Positions 1 to 30,300 of a DNA stretch of 64,000 bases are shown here, piece by piece. Origin of the DNA: Lama guanicoe. Lineage: Eukaryota. The stretch's first letter is position 1; each line of letters opens with the position of its first letter. The position numbers and the translations under genes are program-made. Where the stretch lies: positions 2,230,011 through 2,294,010 of the forward strand of contig MU054117.1 in NCBI GenBank assembly GCA_013239625.1, read 5' to 3'. The notes under the pieces were generated by a model. The model ran no database searches and had not been told where the DNA came from. It saw nothing but the letters and a program-made list of their open reading frames with translations.

Positions 1-59
1 GGGGCTGGGTGGACTGGTGCCCCACACCAGCCCCTCACTCCCCACCTCTGCCCTCCCAG

Positions 60-199
60 GTATCTCCGGGAAAGGACCTGGGCCGGGGGCCAGCGAGGGG
101 CCGGGAGGAGCCTTTGCCCGAATGTCAGACTCCATTCCACCTCTGCCACCCCCACAGCAGCCCCCGGGAGAGGAGGATGAGGACGACTGGGAGTCCTAG
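60..199 (+). CDS. WASHC1: WASH complex subunit 1 (WASH1), final coding exon; rest of gene lies upstream of the window
   Basis: Pyrimidine tract and AG acceptor at 58-59, then (G)[45 protein letters not shown]. This is the recognisable WASH C-terminus with the acidic Arp2/3-binding 'DEDDWE' motif. TAG at 197-199. Confidence 0.95.
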
Positions 200-404
200 G
201 GGCTCGCCTTCCCCTTCTCCCGAATCGCAGGACAGCCAGACGGGCCCCTTGGAGGGACAGGGTTGTGGAGGGCTGTCCTGCTCTGTTGCCCGGACCTCCT
301 TCAGGGAGCAGGGAGGCTGTCTTCCAAGGCCGAAGAAGGGGGTACTGTTACTCTCTGTGCTCTGCCCCGCCCCAGAGAGAGGTGGAGGTAAAGCAGCTCG
401 AATC

Positions 405-410
405 AATAAA
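405..410 (+). terminator. Polyadenylation signal AATAAA of WASHC1
   Basis: First AATAAA downstream of the WASHC1 stop, about 205 nt after it. Confidence 0.75.
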
Positions 411-1207
411 GACAGATGATGCAGGAACTGGGTGTAAGCCAGCAGTGCGCCTTTAACTAAGAAGCCCTACCGTGCGGAACACAGACGCCCCTCCGCTGCG
501 GCCTGTCCCGCTCCCGCTGCTCTCAGCTGGGGGGACTAGGGCGGGAGAGGTGCAGTCAGCAAGGGCAGACGGAGGAGGTGTATCTGCACCCAGGAAAACA
601 CATCTCAGTGACAGACTTGGTTTCTCTAAAAATAGCCTTGCTGAGCGCCTAATGGCCCTCGGTGTAATTGCTGATGTCAGCGGGGAAGGTGTCTCGGAGC
701 TGCTCAAGCAGCTGAGAGGGAGGGGGGTACCGCTGGCTTGGAGGACCTGGAGCCATGCCAGGGAGCTGGCGGGCCGGGAGCAGGCAGGTCCTAACGACTT
801 GGGGGAGGAGGGTGGCTGAGGTGACCAGGAGAGGGTGGAGAAGGGGGACGTTCTTCATCTCCAGGAGGGGGTGAAGGGTTGAGAGCAGCTAATTTTAGTG
901 AGAAAGGGAGAGACAGGAAGGGCCTGCTCCGTGTCCCCTTTAAGAAGGTGACACTGAGAAACAAGGGCTGGGATGCTGCAGCCTGTGCAGCTGTCACAAA
1001 GGCCGGCCGGGATTCCGTGCAGCGAGCTGGATGCTGGGCCACGCTGAGGCGGGACAGACCCGGGCCCCGGGAGGGCAGTGCCGGGCTATGGGACGGGTCT
1101 AGGGGGGCTGGGCCCGCTGTTTCTGCAGGATCAGCCTCACTTCCTCCTGTTGGCTTTCATCTTCTTAGGCAGGATGCCTGCAGACCAGGCCCCAGACGGA
1201 CACCATC

Positions 1208-19797
<18,590 letters not shown>

Positions 19798-21387
19798 GGG
19801 CCTGGGGGAGGAAACCGGGGCGCTGTGAGCCAGCCCCGCATGCTGGCCCGACACCCCGACGCGGGAACAGCCCCTAGGGGTGGTCCCTGCTCGCGGGGGA
19901 CTTTCTCCCTCCGGCGCACACTTTCCTGAGCGGAGACCACGCTCCCTCACGCACCCCCCAGGAAGCCTCTCCAGAAGTGTGAGGGCCACCGGCGACACCG
20001 ACCCGGACCGGGGCACAGCCCGGGAAGGCCTGCGCCCTGGGGTCGGGGTGTGGCCCAGAGTCGTCGCGCGGTGACTGCTTTCTTCCCCTGCGTCCCCTGC
20101 CTCTCACCCCTGCGCCGGGAAGGCCGCAGAGCCAGCGCAGCTTCTCCCCGGGGCACCCCCACCCTCCCCGCCGGGCCTCTCCACTCTGCTTCCAGCCCCC
20201 CCAGCCTCCGTTTCCAGAAAAAGAGCTTTCCAGGGGGCCCCCCGACAGGGGGAGGTCTCTGCAGGGCGGCGGGGCCCCAGCTGGAGGGGCTTCCCAGAAC
20301 CTGCAGGCCGAGGTCTCAGCAAACGTCTCTGCCCCGTGTTTATTTCATCTTTCCCCTCCCTTCTGACCCTGATCTCTCCGTGACAGCTTTTACAGCCCCT
20401 TTCTTCCTTTAATCACTGTCGTCCATCCTGGCCCCATTCTCTCTTTGGAAATCACTGCTCTGAGCTATTTAAGCAGGCTCGTCTGACCTAAGTCCAAATA
20501 CGTATAAATCTAAGGCCCACGTACACCTCTGCTACGGAACTGGCCTCGGGGCGACTGCGACCAGGTCAGGTCCCTCCCGAGGGGAAGGGCCTGCGTGCTG
20601 TCCTTCCCAGGACAGTTTAGGGGCAGGTAAAATGAGAAGGACAGAGGCGGAGACATAACCAAGAAGGACGACTTAGAACTAGGACACTTCATTTAATGGT
20701 CAAACATAAAAAAATTTTTTTAAATTAAAAAAAAAAGAACTAGGACACTTCAAAATGAGGGGGGGTGAGTGACCGGAAACCCACTGCAGCACAGAGGGGG
20801 AGAAAGGCTCCGAGAAACTTGGAGCACCTGCCTTGTGCCAGGTGCTCCGCTGGCCCTTCGACTTCTGTGGTCTCATCTGACCTGGACAACACTGGTGGTT
20901 GGATCCTGATGCTTACAGAAATTAAGTAACCAAAGACTCAGCTCAAAAAGGAAATCCAGGGTCCAAGCCCAGGGCCACACGGCTGTTTTAGTCCAACTCA
21001 TGTGGTGGCAAGAGAACTAGCTTAAGTGAAAGGGAGATTTACTGAAAAGATAAAGAATACAGACTACCTGGGGAAACCAAGAACAGAGGCCACTGACAGG
21101 GTGGGACTTCCTGCAGGCTAGCCCCACAGAGCGGCTCAGGTTCCAAGCCGGCTCCAGGAACCACCAACAGGTAAACGCCACGGATTTCCATTCTGCGGCC
21201 CCGTCACATGGCAGGTGGAGCATGGCTGGCTTCCTCTGCACACTCACGGCTTCTGTTCCCTAGTGCCAGCCGGCACACAGCCTCTTCTGCCCCTCGGCCT
21301 CCTGGCTTCCGCTCCCACTGCCAAGCCAAGTCTCTTCATGCCTCTTAGTTCTAAACCCCAAGAGGAAAATCTGACCAGCCTCTCCTC

Positions 21388-21960
21388 TCAAGACACATGC
21401 ACCCCAATGTTCACAGCAGCACTATTTACAATAGCCAAGACACAGAAGCGACCTAAATGTCCATCCAGATGACTGGATAAAGAAGATGTGGTGTATGCAT
21501 ACACACACACATACACATACAATGGAATACTACTCAGCCATAAAAAAGAATGAACTGCCATTTGCAACAGCATGGATGTACCTGGAGATCAACACTCTGA
21601 GAAAGACAAATATCATATAATGTCACTTACATTTGGAATATATATATATATATATAAATTTTATTTACAAGCCAGAGACAGACTCATGGACATAGAAAAC
21701 AAACTATGGTTACAAGGGGGAAGTAGGGGGCAGGATAGATTAGGAATTTGGGATTAACAGATACACACTGCTGTAAATAAAATAAATAAACAAGGATCTA
21801 CTGTATAGCACGGGGAACTATATTCAGTTTCTTATAATAAGCTATAATTGGAAAAAATTGAAAAAATATATATGTATGTATAACTGGACTGCTTTGCTAT
21901 ACATCTAAAACTAACATTGTAAATCAACTACACTTTAATAAAAAGTAAATTTTTTTAAAT
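21388..21960 (+). mobile_element. LINE-1 3' end
   Basis: 'aagacacatgcaccccaatgttcacagcagcactatttacaatagccaagac', 'aatggaatactactcagccataaaaaagaatga', ending 'acattgtaaatcaactacactttaataaaa'. Confidence 0.9.
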
Positions 21961-22559
21961 TATGTAATCTGCTAAAAAATAAAGTGAATCTTATGATTAA
22001 AAAAGAGAGATCACTGGACAGCCTACAGACTGCTGGGGGGGGGCGCCAGGAGTGATCTAATCAGCCTGCACCCCACACCTGCCAGCCCCTCTGCTGGGCA
22101 GTGGGGTCCTCAACATTTAGGACTCAGCTCACCTCCTGGGGGAGGCCCTCCCTCCATCTGCCACCCTCCTATGGTCCAACACCACCCCTCCAAGTACACA
22201 CACACCGCTCTGCTCTAAGTCACTCTTTTACCCTGTTACCCTGCATTTCATTTCTTTCTAGCGCTTAGCACCATCTGACTATATTTTATTTACTAGAAAA
22301 TGCGTAGCATAAAAGGAAGAACAGCGTCTATCTTGCTCTTCCCGGCCACAAGCTCTCAAAAGAGGTGCTCTGGCACCCAGCAGTAAGTCAATAAAAACCT
22401 GGTGAAGAGCCAGCTTGACGTGAGAGCAGTGGGTGGGGGTTTTTGTTCTTCCGAGGTGTGGGGAGAGGAGGTCTATGACTTGACTTCAGTATCTAGTCCG
22501 ATGGCCAGTTCTTTAATGGTTTCAAACTGTTTTCACGTGACCTCACCACGACCCTATGC

Positions 22560-22665
22560 AGTCAGAATTTTTATTAGGTCTGTTTTACAGATGAAGAAAC
22601 TGAGGCTCTGAAAGGTTAAGTGACTTGCCCACAATCACTTAGCAAGTGCCTGAATCCAAGATCTG
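22560..22665. mobile_element. MIR SINE
   Basis: 'ttttacagatgaagaaactgaggctctgaaaggttaagtgacttgcccacaatcac'. Confidence 0.8.
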
Positions 22666-23149
22666 AAGGCACACCTGCCAGACCTCCCAGCCCCCGAGCT
22701 GTACGTTCCACCACTGATCCTCCTCCCACCGGGGTAAGTGGGGTGAAAAGAAAGACTTGGTTACCAAACTTCAGAAAGACAACACGGAACAATACAGAGT
22801 GTAAGTATTACTTCACGTTTCCGTGGGTGGCAATTACAGATCTCATTATTCCAGAAGCAGCACAGCTAAGCCGTAAGGTAAAGAAGGGTTTAGATAAACC
22901 CATGAATAATGGATATACTCAGCGCTACTGAGGATGTTCGGTGTGACTTCTCCTGACCTCTTCAGGCTGGCTGCGTGGAGGACGTGATGAGTTTTCCCTA
23001 GAACCCCTGCCCGCGCGAAGGCATCCACGGCACAGCAAACCTCACGCTCGTCAGATGAGGGAAGATACGTGAAAGCAGGTACACACTTGTTCTGAAAGTG
23101 TTCATTTTCTTCAGTCTTCAGTTACCACTTATTTACTCAGGTACTAACT

Positions 23150-23545
23150 ATTGCCACAGACTGAATCGTGTCCCGCCTCCCCCAGATTCATGTGTTAAAG
23201 CCCTAACCCCCAACGTGGGGCTGTATGTGGGGACAGGGCTGTGGGAGGTAATTAACATTAAATGAAAAGGCTAATTACGATTAAATGAAGTCCTGAGAGT
23301 GGGTCCTAATCCTTATAGGGACTGGTGGCCTTGTAAGAACAGGAAGGCTCTCTCCCAGTCACGTGAGGACATGGTGAGAAGGGGGCTTTTGCAAGTCAGG
23401 AAGAGGGTTCTCGGCAGGGGCGGACGGGCTGGCACCTTCATCTTGGACTTCAGCCTCCAGACCTGTGAGGAGCACGATTCTATTATTTAAGACCCCCCCC
23501 CGCCCTAGTCTATGGTGTTTTGTTATGGCAGCTTGAGCAGATGAG
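23150..23545 (+). mobile_element. MLT1 (MaLR) solo LTR
   Basis: 'gactgaatcgtgtccc..agattcatgtgttaaagccctaacccccaa' through 'ggcaccttcatcttggacttcagcctccagacctgtgag' and 'tagtctatggtgttttgttatggcagc'. Confidence 0.85.
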
Positions 23546-23902
23546 ACGCCTACGTTCCAGGTACGATCCTACTGTTCGGCTCCTAAAGTGACTTAACTTC
23601 ACACACCTGGCAGACAACACGGCCCCAAGAGCTGAGAAGCTACTCTGCACCTGCTGTGAACCCAGAGCCACCGCACGCTGCGAGCTGCCAGGGCCTAACA
23701 CACACGCTCACCTTGGTCCTGTCTCCCTCCCAGCTCCGTCCTGAGCTTTATTTCCACTGGTCAGTTCCATCCATCCCAGTCCTCCCGCCTGGACACTCGG
23801 CCTTGATGCCGGGAGAGGGAGAGGGGCTCTGGGGTGGGAGCACCCAAGAGGGACCCCACCTGTATCCTCACGCAGGTTCACATCCCTGAGCCGGTTCCTC
23901 AC

Positions 23903-24600
23903 CTGCAGGAGGCGGGTAACAGCGCACACTCCGGCGCTGCAGAGACCAGCAGGTAACACAACGGAAGCTGCTCCCCCAGCACGGCGCTCGGGGAGGAGGC
24001 CGACCGTCCCCGCCCCGCAGCACCGCCCCGCTCTCCGGCAGGCCCCGCCCCGCGGCCTCCCCCGCCCTCCCATTGGTGTCTGGCCTGCCAATCACACGCC
24101 GGCTCCGCCCCAGGTCTCGGGCGTTTTCCCGCCGCCAGTTCACCGCGCCCCTTGGCGTTTCCACCGGAGTCTGTCCTTTCTCCTCTCGTCCTCAGCTGTC
24201 TACCCAGAGCACGGCGCTCACCTTCTTCACCCGCAGGGCTGCTCCGCCGAGGCCAGGAAGCAAAGGTTCACAGCTGAGCCTGAAAGCCGGGCGCGGAGTC
24301 CGCAGCGCCCAGGGGAGCGCGCCACACGCTGCACGCTCTGCGCCACTGCGCGTGCGCGTCCCGGGGCTCGGCGGGGGCGGGAGTTCTCCCTTCTGTGCCT
24401 TTGCGCTTGCGCGGCGGGCTCGGGTCGTCTCCGTTAGCGTCGCGCGGGAAAGCACGCTGCGCAGCACGCTCCAGGCCACTGCGCGTGCGCACGCCGTGGC
24501 TCGCCTGGGATGGCGCCCTTTTGCGCCGGTGCGCGTGCGCAGCGGGCTCCGCTGAGCCATCTCGTGCCGGGAATGCCAGCGGCAGGGTCCTTGGGCGGCT
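23903..24600. promoter_or_regulatory. CpG-island promoter of DDX11 with candidate non-coding first exon(s); probably bidirectional
   Basis: Very CpG-dense. GC boxes at about 24010-24065, CCAAT boxes in both orientations at about 24072 and 24088, four NRF1-type TGCGC(G/T)TGCGC sites at about 24347, 24402, 24480 and 24530. Minus-strand donors CAG|GTGAG (exon end 23903) and AAG|GTGAG (exon end 24222). The DDX11 ATG exon has its own acceptor at 19802-19804, so an upstream non-coding exon is required. Confidence 0.8.
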
Positions 24601-24645
24601 GTGACGTTGGTGCCCTTCCTCGCTCCTCCCCGTGCCAGGTGCGGG

Positions 24646-25260
24646 ATGTTTAGGCCCCTAACGATTGGGTTCCTAAGTAGTCGCTTGACTTAATCAAATT
24701 GCCATTGTTTCCGAACACCAGAGGGGCCGGTGCCCGTATTCTGGTCTCGAAAACGAGTCCTAAAACCGGGTTCCTCTGGTTCATGCTTAACCTCAGTCCA
24801 AGCCTTGACTCCCCTTCTTGCCCAGCCCGTTTCCCACAGGACTGAGGGGAATCGAAGAAAAGGGGCCTGGAAGCAGAGCAGGACCCTGCAGGGCCTTCCC
24901 GGGTATGAAGCCCCTGTGTCCTCGGTTTCTTGTTGATGGAAAAAGGCTTTAGTCTTCTGGGCAGCCCCCAGTTCCAAAGGGAAGGCACGGGCCGGTACTA
25001 AGTAGGGAGGTGAGGGATGCAGAGACAAAGGAAGGCGGCTAAACAAGAGAAGTGATGGCAACAGGTCAGCAATAAAACAGCGCCCTCGTCCCACCTGGAG
25101 GGGTATACGGAACCATCTGACAGGTATCTTTGAGTTGTTCTGTAGAAACTAGACCCACCCCCAGGTGGAGAATAGTGACTGTAAGTGAGCAGGACCCTGT
25201 GGGGCCTTCCCAGGACAGACCCTGCCCCCATATCCTCATATAAAGCACTGAAAGTCTCGG
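24646..25260. mobile_element. ERV LTR-like element abutting the CpG island
   Basis: Starts 'tgtttaggcc', carries an internal repeat 'gagcaggaccctg..gggccttccc' (about 24876 and 25187) and AATAAA at 25071; resembles artiodactyl ERV LTRs from memory only. Confidence 0.45.
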
Positions 25261-25402
25261 TTCTTGGATTCAGAAGCTAAAGTCAGAATATTCTGTGTTT
25301 GTCCTCTAAAGTTTGGCCATCTCACCAACCCCCACCATCTACACCCCTGTCATCCTAGCTGACACCTCTCTATTCATGCAAAGGATAAGGCCTTATACCT
25401 GA

Positions 25403-25862
25403 GGTATTAGGATTCTCCAAAGAAACAGAACCAAGAGAGTGTAAACCTATCTATTCATGTATCCATCCAAGAAGAGACAGGGAGCAGAGAGATTGACTTA
25501 TTTAAAGGAATTGACTCACATGATTATGGACGCTAGCAAGTTCAAAATGCATCAGGCTGGAGAGCCAGGGAAGAGCTGATGCCACAGTTCAAGTCCAAAG
25601 GCCACCTGCTGGCTGAATTCCGTCTTGCTCTGGGGATTCAGTCTTTTGTTCAATTCAAGCCTTCAACTGATTGGATGAGATCCACCCACATCAGGGAGGG
25701 CCATCTGCTTTACTTATTCACTTACTTACGATACAAATGATGCAAAACATTTAAAACCCCCTCATCTAAAACCACCCTCACAGAAACATCCCGCATAATG
25801 TTTGACTAAATATCTGGGCACTGAGGCCCAACAAAGTTGACCTGTAAAATTAACCATCACGC
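25403..25862 (+). mobile_element. MLT2 (ERVL) LTR
   Basis: 'gtattaggattctccaaagaaacagaacca', 'ccttcaactgattggatgagatccacccaca', ending 'aagttgacctgtaaaattaaccatcac'. Confidence 0.85.
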
Positions 25863-27311
25863 CTGGGTAATAATTGCAGCCATCTATTAAGCACTTATTA
25901 TATGCCAAACACACAGCACTATTTCATTTAATTCTGTAAAGCCTGTAAAGTAAGTTTAAATATTCTCATTTTTAAATGCTAGGAAACCACGTTTCAGAAA
26001 GATGTTAGCCAGAAGGTCATGAAATTTAGACGCAATCAAAGCCATCTGATCACTGCTAAGTTCAAAGAAATGAGTCAGTTTGACCAAAGTGGAGCTAGTT
26101 TCTCCGGTCTTTCTACGTCTTCCAAAGTTCTCAGCACCAAGTTCTAGGAGCCTGAATGTTTCACGACTTTTGAAAAATAAGCATTACCTTCTTCCTTCAT
26201 GCCAAACTGCTCCACAGTTGATAGAGTTTGTATTCAGCATTGCTTTTTCCTTACAGAGATGTTGAACAGCTAAGTCAGTCCATCAGGACTGGGTTTGCCT
26301 GTGTCAGAATACTCAGTAACATCAGTTAAAATACATAAAGTTTTCTCTCTACCCTCCTTCCCCCAATAGAGCCTGAAGGTTAGCTCTCCAAACTAGTGAG
26401 CAGCTCCACGCTTGCTCCTGATCTAGATTCTTCCTGTCTTTTTGCTCTGCAGTCTTCAATATATCACTTCCTCCGAGACCCAGTTAGTTCCACCACCATG
26501 TCCACCTTCTCGTCACTAAGAAGTCAGATGGGACAACCGCGGCGCACCTGCCCTGTCAGAATGCCTCCTGCAGGTGGCACCTGCCTCCGTCCCTTGGGCC
26601 CACTTGGTCAGAACCCAGTTCTGTGGCCACACCAGCGGCAGGGAGGATGGGAAATGGAGCCTTTATTCCAGGCAACCAAACGCACAGTTTAAGAAAAGGA
26701 AGAGGAGGAGAACGGGTGTCAGGGGACCACACCAGAGGAGGTATTATAAATGCCACTCTGTAGACGAGGAACAGAAGGGAAGCAGAGAGCTTTTAAGACG
26801 CATTAAAAAAAAAACTTGGTGGGAAATGTCATGTAGAGCAAGGATTCAAACCCAAATTTAAGAATTTCTTAAAAAATAAATTAGGATGGACCCAGAGTTA
26901 TCCCAGCAAGAATGTCACTTACTCTGTGGACATCTGAGTAACAGCTGGGGCAGAGGTGCCACTGCTCCACCGTGTACAACTCACAGTCTAACCTGCCGTC
27001 TAAACAGACCCAGGGGAGCGTGTCAGCCCCGTGGGTCTCACCCAACATGAGGAGGCAGGATGGGAAGCCTGAACCCTGGGTACTGTGAGGTCCTGCTGTC
27101 CCATAGCTGAAGGTTGAAGGACACGCTTCCAGGGCTGTTCCTGTCGCTGGGTTTTATCCCCAGTCCCCAGAAACTAGGATGGAGCCATCTGTCTCAGGAT
27201 GAGAAAATACATTTTACTGACAAATACATATGCTGATAGTCAACAATCCCCAGGGAGACAGAGGACAAGCCACGCACTGGATCCTCCAAGGGCAAAACTG
27301 CCTCCTGGGGT

Positions 27312-30300
27312 TTAATCCGTCCAGTCGGACAAGAGGCGGGAAAGCCCACGGGGGAGTGAGGCCCTGGCATCCGGACGACAAGGGGAAAAGGCCTTGGTCC
27401 CCAGCGCTAGACTCGGGCGGCCCCGGCGCAGCTCCTTGGGCGCGGGCCCGGCTTCCTCCAGCCGACGTCGCGCCGGCGGCGCGTGGGACGCGGCCGCCTT
27501 TTCCCCCGCGCCGCCTTCCGCAAGCGGGGAGTCGCCCACCTTCCTGGTGTGCCGGGCGCGCAGCAGATTCAGCGGCGCCTTGAACCAGTTCGGGGTCGTC
27601 TTCTCCTGCTGGTCCTCATCCTCTCTCCCCCGCTTGACCGGCTGAAACAGTCGCTTCTTCCTCTGCGGGGCTTTGAAGCAGGTGCTGCCCAGCTGGCTCG
27701 GCCTGGACGCAGAGACGTGCCTGGCGCTGGCGCACCCGTCAAGCCCCTTCAGGACGGTGTCGACCGAACGCTGGACCGACTGCGCAGGATCGTCCCTCAG
27801 ACGCTCAAGTGCTGGAGGCAGAAGGGCGGTCCGCTCGGACTCTCCATCTCCAAGGACCGCTGACCCCCCCACCCCGCGACTTTCCACCCCGCAAGCCGGG
27901 TTATTGGGACATAACTTCGTTTACAGCACTCTTTGTCATTGGAAAAGCAAGCCTGTTTTATTGTAGAAAAATGTGGAAAGGAAGAAAAATCACTCACCCC
28001 CCAAAGTAACACTGTGAACACTCTCCTACCTATCCTTGCAGTATTTTTTTTGGAGGGGGAGTTGGTTTATTTATTTAGTCAGTTATTTTAAATGGAGGGA
28101 CTGGGGACTGAACCCAGGACCTTGTGCACACGCTCTACCACTGAGCTACACCCTCCCCTCTTGCAGTATTTTTAAAAATACCTAATATAGACGCTTTAAA
28201 AAAATAGGATTAACTTTTTTTCTTCCCATAAAGTTTTCCTCACACAACATAATAGCTCATCACGTGATTCTATCCTAATTGCTTTGATGAATCCCCATTC
28301 GTGAAGAATTAGGCTGCTTGCAGTTTTTATAAGCAATAACCGTTAACTTATTCAGCAACTATTTGCTGAACACCTACTATCACCAGGCACCGTGCTGGGT
28401 GCTGGGGACATGGTGGTGAACAAGACAGATGGATTCCTTACCCTCAAGAACTTGACATTCTACTAGGGGAAAGGCAAAATAAACAAGCAAAAATTAAATA
28501 CAAAGAAGGCAATTTAACTGAGGAATGAGAGTAAATAACTGGGAAGGACCCCTTTCTACAGGCCAGACAGGGAGTGCCTCTGTGAGATAGTAATATTTGG
28601 GCTAAGATCCGAAGAATGAGGTCCAGCCTAGGAGCGAGCCGCAGGGGTCAGCACGGGAGGGGAGGTTAAACTGTTTCACTTCAAACTGTTAAACTCAAGA
28701 TGCCTGGCGAAAGCCCCTCCTGGGTGTCTAGCCCAGAGGAGCACTTACCCCTGCACACAAGGAGGCATATATAAGAAGGTACCTCGTAATGCTGTTTGAT
28801 TACCAAAAAAGTAGAAACAATTTAAAGATTAACCTATCAAGGGTCATAGGAATGCAGTCGATCTGTATGTACCAGCATACAGAGTAGGGAAAAAAGCAAG
28901 TTGCAGAAACTGCGCACACACGTATATATAATAGAGAATATAGATAGTATATATAACATAGAGAATATGTATTGTGAATAGTCTCTGTGTTCACAGAAGA
29001 AGAACAGAGGACTATATAGCAAACAGGCAGGGGAAGAGGGGAGAGGAGAAAGCATTAGCAGAACTTCACTCTTATTGATGTTTCTATCTTTTTTGCTAGG
29101 AGACTGTATTCATGTGTTTCTTCTATACATATAAATTAATTTTAGGGGGTAGGGCGTACAGCTCAGTGGTAGAGCTCATGCTTAGCATGCACAAGGTCAA
29201 CCTCCAGGACCTCCATAAAAAAATAAAATTTTTAAAAATAAAATTTAATGCAATAAAAAAAGAACACAGAAGATGCAGGCTCCCCGGTGCCAGGGCTGCG
29301 TCTGCCTGGAGCCCCGTCGCAGCCCGGGCGCCTGCAGCACCTGATGAACGTTCCAGCTCATTTCGGTTAGCAACCTTTTATTGGACCAGTCTGACAATGG
29401 GTAATTTGCTTTCTTCCTCCTACTCTGTTTTCTGCTTTTATATACAACATTCATAATGGTAAAAACAAACCTTATTTAAACTAATGAAACATGTCCTTAA
29501 GGACTCTCCCCGTCTCTGTTCTGCCTTGCCCCATCCCTTGTGTCACCGGCCCCCGGGCACAAGCCCAGACTCACCGTTCCGGAACAGCCGCACATCGTCC
29601 TCGTGTAAGTGATTCATGCTTATCCTTTTAACTGTTAATTCTAAAGACAGCACACATGTGAAGTCCTTCCAGGATTCCTGGACCTTTGGGCCACCCTTTC
29701 CCCCAGGCTCAGTAGTGAACAAGGAATTTTGTGAACAGTTTTAGCAAGGAATGGATCTTAAAGATGCCTTGCAGCCCAGATGTCAGTGTCCTAGTAAAGG
29801 GCCCATCCCCAGAGCAGATGTGACCCAGAAAAATGCAAGTGACAAGGAGAGCGTGAGCCCAGGATGTTAAACGTGGGGTTCCTGCACCAACGGAAAGATG
29901 GATGAAGGGGTCAGCTGGCAAGAATAAAATGTGCATTGCCGATGAACGTGGGAAACAGCGCGTAAGCCTTGCTGATAAAAAGTATTAATCAAAACAACAG
30001 TAAGCTGCTCTCTGTCCCCTATCAAATTGGTAATGATTTTTAAAATATTATCCAGGGTTGACAAATACCTGGCGAAACGGACCCCTGTACACAGCACTGG
30101 GGACAACAGACAACGAGTCACACTTCTTAGAGGGCAGTGTGAGGACCAAGATCCTCGGCATTTTGCATTCCTTTTGGGTCCAGCAAGTCTACTTAAGAAA
30201 TTTATGTTAAGATAATCATGCTGACATGCAGATTTAACCACCGTGTCCCTGCTTATAAGAACAAAAGACGCCACAGTCTCAATACCCCAAAATAAGGGCT

